The translations under genes were made by a program, and so were the position numbers. Below, one piece after another: positions 55,910-64,000 of a DNA stretch of 64,000 bases. The stretch's first letter is position 1. The number at the start of each line of letters is the position of its first letter. The DNA is from the human T2T-CHM13v2.0 reference genome, Homo sapiens. The stretch lies in NCBI RefSeq assembly GCF_009914755.1, contig NC_060933.1, one strand, 5' to 3'. The notes under the pieces were generated by a model. It saw only the letters and a list, made by a program, of their open reading frames with translations. It had not been told where the DNA came from and did not search any database.

Positions 55910-56110
55910 GATAACTAACATGTATTTTTCAGCAACTCTTATGTCTCAGGCTCTGGGATGGGTGTTTTTATTCATACTGCTTCATTTAATCCTTACAACA
56001 GTCCTGTGGAGGTCACAGTTATAACCCTTAGTTTACAAACGAATGGAAACTTAGAGATAAAGTCACACAGCAGCTTCTAAGTGACAGAGCTAATTGATTA
56101 AGCCCAAGTC
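55910..56110 (-). mobile_element. MIR SINE
   Basis: TTCATTTAATCCTTACAACAGTCCTGTG...AAGTCACACAGC. Confidence 0.7.
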
Positions 56111-56245
56111 TATCTACAAGTCCAGTACTAATTCCAACATACTGTAAATATATTTTGTTGATGCCCATTCTGTCTTGCTAGCGTTACAAAGATTTCTATC
56201 AAAATAAAAACCATGTGAGAGACATACAATAGAAAATAAAAACTT

Positions 56246-56556
<311 letters not shown>

Positions 56557-57234
56557 CTTAAAATGTAAAGGCCAATCATAAACTCAACTCCCCAACATCC
56601 CATGTCTGAGAAGATTATCCCTATGGTTGACTTGTTTTTATATTTTCAGATCCCTTGCCACAGCATGTGAGGGAGGATGAGACTCAGCTGTAGTCTCATC
56701 GGAAAGGTTACCAAAGGGATGCAACTATTTCCACAATGCACTTGACCACTGAACAGACTACTTACTTTAGAAATATGTACAGAATCAATTTAGAGCAACT
56801 AGACATTCTGGACATTATGTAAACTGCTCAAGAACAGGGGTTCTGCCTGCTTTGTTCTCTCTTGGAACCTAAAATAGGTGCTCAGCAAACACTCATTGAA
56901 AGAATAAATTAATAATAAATGGCATTACCAGGGAGTTATGGGCCAGCAGAGGGTTTTCATGAGGCTAAGTAATCTGCTGCCCAGTCTTAGAATGGAATGA
57001 AGGAATATTTACAGTACCTGGACACAGTCCTCAGGCATTTCAGAGATGATTAAGAAATAATAATAATCAAAAAAAAGAATCCTTTATCTAAAAGTTCTAG
57101 CCAAAAAAACAAAAACAAAAACAAAACAGGTCTTATAAAATTTTCTCCATCCTAAACAACCTCCTAAAACCATTCATTGAAAAGCCTTTACCATGTGAAG
57201 GGGAATCTGTGAAATAATAATACATGCTATGAAT

Positions 57235-57475
57235 GGCAGCATAGGACAAAGGCACAGATTTCTGGCCAGACACTCATGAGCTCAGACCCTGACTCCTAAA
57301 TATGTATTAGCTGTACAACCTAAGGAAAGCCCTTCTTCAGCTTGTTTAAATGTCAGCATCTTCACTGGTAAAATGAGATATTAACTTCATTTTTACTTTA
57401 TTGGGTTGTAAGAATTAAGAAACATTAACAGTAGCAGGCACAGGGCTTGGTATTTAGCAGGCTCAATAGATGTGA
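57235..57475 (+). mobile_element. MIR SINE
   Basis: GGCAGCATAG...TAGCTGTACAACCTAAGGAAAG...GTAAAATGAGATA...GCTCAATAGATG. Confidence 0.6.
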
Positions 57476-58732
57476 ATTCCCTCCCTCAGTTCCCTCCCTT
57501 GCTTTCTTTGTTCTTTCCTGCCCTGACACCCACTTATTCTAAAACCCCAGAGGTAAGTGAGATCATGTAATTGTTTTATACATGTTCTTATTCCTTCTTT
57601 TCAAAGACTTAAAAAACCCATGAGTTGGAGGACCTCTAAGTTTGCTACTGGCTTTTTTCTATCAGGTCTAAAATATTAAATCCTATTATATAACAGAAAA
57701 ACAGGGAAGCTGGGGGATGGACCATAAAAATTACTGTAATTAGTCAGGCAATAGAATTTTTTTTTAAGTCATGGCTTTCTATTTTACTGTCTTGGCTGTG
57801 ATGTCTAAAAATGGTTAAAGAAATATAATTGAAAAGGAGGTGGCCCTTGCTTCAGAATTTACTGCTCTTTCAAGGGCTTTCACAGGGACATCTGTTGGGT
57901 TTGTAATAAAAGAAGCCAGAAAAGGTTTCAAGAGAGAGTAAGGGAAACTATGGTTTACAAGGTATCCACATCTGTTTGGTATTCTGCCATCTGAGAAAGT
58001 TCGACTTCTGAAATAGCACGGGTCACCTAGTTAAGACTGAATCTAGGAACAGATGAAAGCTTTCTTTCCTCAATGTTTCAATGGTAGAGATCAACAGCTG
58101 TTTATATCCTTTAATAGCTAACTAAGGATGAAGCTTTCACATCTGTCAGTATTTTCCGGTTCTATTTCCTTGGATCACAGTGGGGAGGAGATGAAGTTTG
58201 AACCCCTCCCAATTCCCAAGCAGAAATATGCCCAGTATTCAAAGCTGTAATTCTAAGCAGAACTCTCCATTTCTCATCCACCCAGGGTCCTGTTTGCTTA
58301 GAATTCTTCTTTTGCTTTACCCTGACAGACATCTTGATTATCTCCATGATAATGACTCATGATAGCACAAAGATCAAAAAGAAGAAAAGTAGGCTGGAGT
58401 CAGGAGAAGGAAAAAGAGGAGGAAATGGAGTGTAACAGAGAAAGTAGCTCCTAATAATACGTTCTTCCAAAAGACCACAACAGTAGCAACTGAGGGCAAA
58501 TCACAGAGGTGAGCAGGAGGTTGAAGACTCTCATAGTGAAGGTGGACGGTGATGGTTTTTACTGACCGTAACATCTCACCTTGGAAAAGTTAAACAGAGA
58601 AAATGGAACCCTATGGAAGCAAGGTGCAGGAAATATCCAGGAATGAAAACAAAAGGATTCAGAAACATTTGTTTAACTTTGCTCTGATCACCAGAATCAT
58701 CCATGTGCTGGGCCTTTATAAAGATTATTTTT

Positions 58733-58788
58733 CCATCCAAACATCCATCCACCCACCCGTCCATCCATCCATCCATCCATCCATCCAA
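58733..58788. repeat. (CCAT)n microsatellite
   Basis: Direct reading. Confidence 0.9.
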
Positions 58789-59079
58789 TAACTTGAAAGT
58801 TACCAGGACTAGAGTTAGTGGGTGATAGTCAGATGAATTAGACATATTGCATAATTTAAAGAGCTGGTATTCTAATGGATGAAAGCCTTCACAGAGGACA
58901 TGGTATCTGAGCTGAACCTCAAAGGATACATGAGAATTCACTAGACAGAGAAGTGAGTGATTACAGAAGGAGAGAAAAACATGAATAAAACCAGAGTGGT
59001 AAGAAACAAACCACTTCTGGGGGAATGAAAAATTCTGAGTGGTTACAATAAACAGAAGATGCTTATTAAAAGTACAGGT

Positions 59080-59530
59080 TCATAAAGAACTCAAATAACT
59101 CAATTGAAAGAAAATACATAATTTAAAAATGGGCAAAGGATCTGACATATTTCTCAAAAGAAGTCATACAAATGGCTAACAGGTATATGAATGAATAAAG
59201 AAAATGTGGTATATATACACAATGGAATACTATTCAGCCTTAAAAAATAAGGAAATCCTGTCATTTGTGACATGAATGAACCTGGAGAACATAGGTTAAG
59301 TGAAATATGCCTGGCACAGAATAACAAATACTGCATAGTTTCTCTGATATTTGGAATCTTAAAATGTTGATTGTTGAACTCATAGAAGTAGAGAGTTAGA
59401 ATGGTGATTACCAGAAGCTGGAGGTATAGAGAGGGCGTTAGGGAGATGTTGGTCAAAAAATACAAAACTTCAGTTAGATAGAAAGCGTAAATTCAAGAGA
59501 TAAATTATACAATGTGGTGACTACAGTTTT
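59080..59530 (+). mobile_element. L1MA-type 3' fragments with internal deletion
   Basis: AAATGGGCAAAGGATCTG...AAAATGTGGTATATATACACAATGGAATACTATTCAGCC...GGAGATGTTGGTCAAA. Confidence 0.82.
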
Positions 59531-61685
59531 CCTTTCTAAAAAGTGCAGGCTTTTAGGTCTCACCTAAGAGATTCTGATTTAGTTGTTAATGGGGAAGAGA
59601 GGTTCAAGGAATTTGCGTTTTGAACAGAAGGCCCAAATAATTCTGATATAAACAAAAGTTTGACAACTGTAATATATACAGCTTAACGTTTTCCAAAAGA
59701 TGCTAATGGTCTTTCATTAATTTAAAAAAAAAGGTACCAGTGTCAAATAAGGAACCACCACATACTATTCTTTTCTTGGAAATTCATAATGCACATTGGC
59801 ATATTAAAAGTCCTGTGGTAAAGAAATCAATTTCACTCAGCATTTCCCAAACTTATTTTTCCTTGGGGGAAGAAATCTTTACGATCTCTCAAAATACAAG
59901 TATGCAATGGAGGCTAGATGGGGTAGAGCTGAAACAGAGGATTCTGACCAGGTAAGCACGTTCCCTAAGCATACTGAATGACTAAGAAAATGTCTAGAAA
60001 AATAAAGCAAAGTCGGTTACCCTGGGGGATATAGAGGCATCCATAGAGGCATCCATTAATTTCTTCCAAGCAAAGCCCAAAACCACCTATGATGTCCTGT
60101 TTTCCAGCCAGACAGCCAGAAACTTCCTCTCTCTCAAGTAACACACCATGGCTTTGTACTATGACTTCTGGTCAGTACTCTCTGTGGTAGCCACAGTTGC
60201 AGAGAGAACAGGAGTATGCAGAATTCAAAGCATACAGGTGAAGACACAGGGGGAAGGACAAAGAGGAGGTATCCTTGCCTACATTTATTTATCTTTATTG
60301 CTATTACATGTTCAGCATAGAGCACTGGCAGTTGCTAGTAAGGCTTCTGGAAAAGAAAAAATCCTTCCAGCTCCAAAAGTAGCCTATGACAGTCAATGAA
60401 AAGTGCAAAAGACATGAACCTAAGAAATTTCCACCACTCTGAGGTGCTTAATATTATGCCCAGGGGAGTTTTTGAAACCTGCCTTCTTCCTCCTATGCTG
60501 TGAACTGGGGGATTTGCCCTGACATACAACCTACCTCCTTCCTGTTAAGAAGGGGTAGGAGAGAGAGAAGTATGAGGGAACTGGACAAGCCAAAGCAACA
60601 CCAAGATCCTGACAAACTGGTTTGTGTGCCGAATATTTCAAGATGTACATACTGCGTCAATCAATGTATACATTTTTTTTCTGGTATAAACTTAATTACT
60701 TCCATACACGCCCTTCTCAACTTTCCAGGTGCTATGTGGGGACACATCCTACCCCAATCTAGAGGTGATTTCAACAGTGTGTTTCAAATACGTTTTTTGT
60801 ACTCCAACCATCTCAGGGCTTTTAAATCATACTTTCTAATAGCACAAGTATTTATTCCATCATTCCACAAATATTTCCTGAGTGTCTACAAGGTGGCAGG
60901 GCATTATGTTAGGCACTGGAGCTACAACAGTGGACATAGGAGATTGCGGATTCCTATTCAGCCTACGGCATAAAACACTAAATTCTAAATTCAGTCTGAA
61001 AGTGCATGGAAAAATCTAATGACCAGCATCATGAAGAAATGTAAGAGGCAGAGAAGACTGACTGGTCCTTCCTTTTGAAGTGTTTTAGCCTGTAGCACAA
61101 AGCAAACAAACTAATTTGCATTTCAAGTGTCCCAGTGTATCCAGAAGATACGCAAGGGTTAAAGTAAACAGCACAGCCTGGAATTAACAACCTATGATTA
61201 GAAGAGGGAGGAGAATTTCAGGATCTCTTTCTCCTCAGAATTTGAACCCCCAGTTTGTTTGATCCCCAAACAAATCTATGAATTCTCACACTGGAATTTC
61301 TTAATCCTCAGATATAAATACCAGTAACTGCATCAGAGTCCATGTAACTTTAGTCAGTTAACCAAAAAATAATAATCTTATCAAGATAAGTGAGTGAGTC
61401 TGACATCTAGTCCTAAGAAAGCCAACACAATCACACCTAATATTTCACCAAGTCAGTGTTCCCCAGCATGTGGTATGTGTACCACTGGAGTCCACAAAAT
61501 AAATGTAAGTGGTCCATAAAGTTTTTTTTTTCATTTCAATGAGGCTCTTATATATCACTCACTACAGGTATGTGAGTGATGGGATTAATGCATGGGTGCT
61601 ACCTAGCATTCAAAGGCAGTCTGCAAATTTTCATAGTGAAGATTGTGCAGGTGACAAAAAAACTGAGAGCTGGTAATGAACTTAC

Positions 61686-62103
61686 CCACGCATGTTGGAA
61701 ATATTTCCTCGTTGTTGATCTGAACCTCAATCCAATCCATAAGAAGGTTCATGTACTGGGGAGCTGGCAGCGCTGTTGGCTTCTTATACTTGAGATCATC
61801 CTGCCACCGATACTCATATTTGGGGCCCCCTGACATCACAGGACAGGTCCGCTCGGTGCAGAACTCACAGATGGTGCCATAGATGAGGTTGATCCGATTG
61901 AAGAAGTCCACCACATGTACTGCCACCCAGTCATTCTGGTCCTCCCCACTGGGCAACTGCACAGCCGCCTTCAGGTCCACACCCGAGTTGAGGGATGCCT
62001 GAGCCCGTTTGTGCAGCTCAAACCTCTGTGTGCCAGGTTCAAATTTCCTCTTGGGTCGGAAGGTCTTGTCCTTGTTGAATACCTGCTTCAGGGCTATGGA
62101 CAT
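61686..62103 (-). CDS. MOB3B: MOB kinase activator 3B, first coding exon (codons 1-139 plus 1 nt; CDS continues in exons outside the window)
   Basis: Translation [100 protein letters not shown]...EEIFPTCV is the MOB1/phocein fold. It carries the Zn-ligand CxxxxC (C82/C87) and T14/S37, equivalent to the MOB1 T12/T35 phosphosites. ATG context is AAGACCATGT. Canonical donor GTGG|GTAAGT at 61686/61685; 418 nt, phase 1. Confidence 0.97.
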
Positions 62104-62301
62104 GGTCTTCTCTTTCGCTTCCTTTCTTTTGCAGGAAGCGAAAAGGCACCTGGAACTTTTCAGGGAGAGATCACAGCCCAACAGTGTTTTCCACTGCCAG
62201 CACTCAGGCCCCAGTCTTACAGCCTGTAGCTTTTAAGCTCTTCTAAACAGCCCCTTCCATCTTCCTCTTGAATGATTTCCAAGGGAACCTCATGTTCTTT
62301 C
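62104..62301 (-). other. MOB3B: 5'UTR part of the MOB3B exon (exon spans 61686-62301, 616 nt)
   Basis: Acceptor CCCTTTTCTCTTCTACCTTTAG|GAAAG (AG at 62303-62302) with a strong pyrimidine tract; branch-point-like CACTCAT with its A at 62330 (-29). Confidence 0.9.
62243..62293 (-). promoter_or_regulatory. upstream ORF (16 aa, MRFPWKSFKRKMEGAV*) in the MOB3B 5'UTR
   Basis: ATG at 62293 (AACATGA, -3A), second in-frame ATG at 62260 (AAGATGG, strong Kozak), TAG at 62245-62243. Read directly from sequence; translation not shown. Confidence 0.65.
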
Positions 62302-62699
62302 CTAAAGGTAGAAGAGAAAAGGGAACACATGAGTGCCCAGTTCGCCTTTAAAAAATGACAGTCTTCAACCTGATTTCCACCTTGTGTTCTTGGCTGTGCC
62401 CACTCTCCATCCAGGTATATGGGCATGGGGGTTAAGCCACTGCCCTGTGACTCTGTACTGTTGATGCAAACCATGCAAATAACTAAAGAAGAAAAGGCAT
62501 CACACTTGTTTTGTTCATGGCCTTTGTCAAATCTCTACTGGCTCTTCTTTGTGTGATCATAGGCTTAGTGGACCTTTCCAAGGTGTTAAGGATGAACATG
62601 TTGATCAATGGCCTGATCCTATCCCACGTGTGCTAGCTTTTAGAGCCCCACCCCCCAACAACTCCTATTAAGTAGGCATGGGGACACTTCCCCCATCCT

Positions 62700-63193
62700 T
62701 CTAGATACAGATGATGGAAAAGGGGTGGCTATCACACCAAGCTGGCTAATAAGAATGTCTCTCCTGGGAATTTGGAATCAGGACTCAGCCTTGGTTGGGC
62801 ATTAGTGATGTGGCATTGGGTGAGAAGTGATGAAAACTGGGTCTGGTTGAATCTTGCTTGGACCGTGTGTAGTGCAGTTGAGAAAGCTGGTCTGCAGAGC
62901 CACGGAGGAAGAGGAGGAAAAGGAGAAGGTGGAGAAGGTGGCTGCCAATACACAGAGAAACAGAGACAAGAGCCTAAGTGGCCACAGAGAGAGGAAGACA
63001 AGAGAAAAAGAGAGACAGTGAGAAGAACTAATCCTGATAATCTTCTAGAAACTGGTTCCAATTCCTTTTGAAGCCTAGCTATGCTTCATGCCTTTTGGGA
63101 TCCATTCACATTTCCTGAATTAGTCAAAGCCTTACTGTATTTCAGCTAACTTGAGTTGGTTCTGTTTCTTGCCAAACATTCCTAACTATGACA
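62700..63193 (+). mobile_element. MLT1-type MaLR LTR
   Basis: GAATGTCTCTCCTGGGAATTTGGAAT...TTGAGTTGGTTCTGTTTCTTGCCAAACATTCCTAACT end. Confidence 0.6.
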
Positions 63194-63261
63194 GTATTTG
63201 TCACCTTCCAATGTGCCGTCCTTTATACCCTTCATCTCACACTTTAGACAGCACTTTGAGG

Positions 63262-63471
63262 CAGAACTGTCCAATAGAACTTTCTGTTTCCGTGATAATG
63301 CAAATGTGTTATATCTATGGTGTTGAATATGGTACACACTAGCCACATGTGGCTATTGAGCATTTGAAATGTGGCTAATGTGACTGAGGAACAGAATTCT
63401 ACATTTTATTTAATTTTAATGAATTTAAACTTAAATAGGTGCTCACAGCTACCACACTGGATGGCACAGCT
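63262..63471. mobile_element. MER3 (hAT-Charlie)
   Basis: CTGTCCAATAGAACTTTCTG...CTAGCCACATGTGGCTATTGAGCATTTGAAATGTGGCTAATGTGACTGAGGAAC. Confidence 0.85.
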
Positions 63472-64000
63472 CTGAAGTCTTCGATGCCCTCTTCTCCACT
63501 AACTTGTTGATCCTCACGAAAATCTGCTGAGGTTTATAGATTTATAATAGGTCTAATAGATTTATAGTGGGTATCATTCTTCCTGGGTCTCCAAGAGATA
63601 CAATTACTTGCCTAACAAGATCCCATAGCTAGCTGGAGCATGCTGTTAGATTGAAATCCAGTTTGTTGACTCCTAGCAAATGCTTTCTCTACATGGCCAT
63701 ATATTCCCAAAAGTAATGGACTTCGACTTGTCTTTCCTACTGGTTTACAAAGCTTGTTTTCCCCAAAGCTTCTATCCACATATTCCCCAAAGACTGCTGT
63801 ATAGATTGGTCGGAGGTGAAGGCTATGTTCCGTGGCCTTGAAATAGAGAGGAGATAACTGATCCACTCATAGGTCAAGCCCCAACAAAATGAGCCAACAG
63901 CTGTGGCCAGATTCAGAAGAGCCCAACACGGAATCTGTTAAAATGGGCTTGGAGCATGATCCCACTAACTGTTTTTTCCCTGCCTGTAAGGGGTTCTGCC

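Larger units (their letters stand above)
62302..64000 (-). other. MOB3B: 3' end of the upstream MOB3B intron
   Basis: Ends in polypyrimidine tract plus TAG; no CpG island or promoter here, so the first exon lies further right. Confidence 0.85.

Noticed and set aside
60500-60973. 157-aa plus-strand ORF (and the 158-aa ORF at 48825-49301)
   Set aside because: Non-ATG starts, partly L2- or LTR-derived, no recognisable domain.
62104-62181. TTG-initiated start of the 192-aa ORF in the track
   Set aside because: The ORF caller used an alternative start and ran through the splice donor; the recognisable protein starts at ATG 62103 and the exon ends at 61686.
61915-62236. Antisense ORFs (104 and 75 aa) overlapping the exon
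   Set aside because: Shadow frames of a GC-richer coding exon; no family resemblance or promoter evidence.

Overview
Primate, almost certainly human, genomic DNA from inside the MOB3B gene (MOB kinase activator 3B, Hippo/NDR-pathway MOB family; human 9p21.2, next to IFNK/C9orf72 from recall), transcribed on the minus strand. The only protein-coding sequence is the first coding exon (62301->61686, 616 nt: 198 nt of 5'UTR plus 418 nt of CDS, codons 1-139 and a phase-1 donor). Positions 1-61685 are the long downstream intron and 62302-64000 the end of the upstream intron. The introns are dense in interspersed repeats (about 12 Alus, L1MA/L1MB/L1MC/L1PB pieces, many MIR/L2, MER34/39-type, THE1 and MLT1 LTRs, MER20/MER5A/MER1B/MER44/MER3 DNA-transposon relics) and microsatellites. 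Nearly all other ORFs in the track are repeat-derived or chance. I see no prokaryote-type system, CRISPR array, tRNA/rRNA or CpG island, and cannot show a new biological system from sequence alone. The best leads are post-transcriptional: (i) a uORF, in-frame CUG and 11-bp hairpin in the MOB3B 5'UTR, where back-splicing of the exon would fuse the CDS in frame to the uORF; (ii) a 228-nt pure pyrimidine tract ending in CAG that defines a candidate poison exon; (iii) a candidate recursive splice site; (iv) a dense E-box cluster; and (v) mutational fossils (twin-primed L1 inversion, templated insertion in an Alu, 56-bp palindrome). Repeat subfamily names are from memory of consensus sequences, and boundaries of old repeats are approximate.
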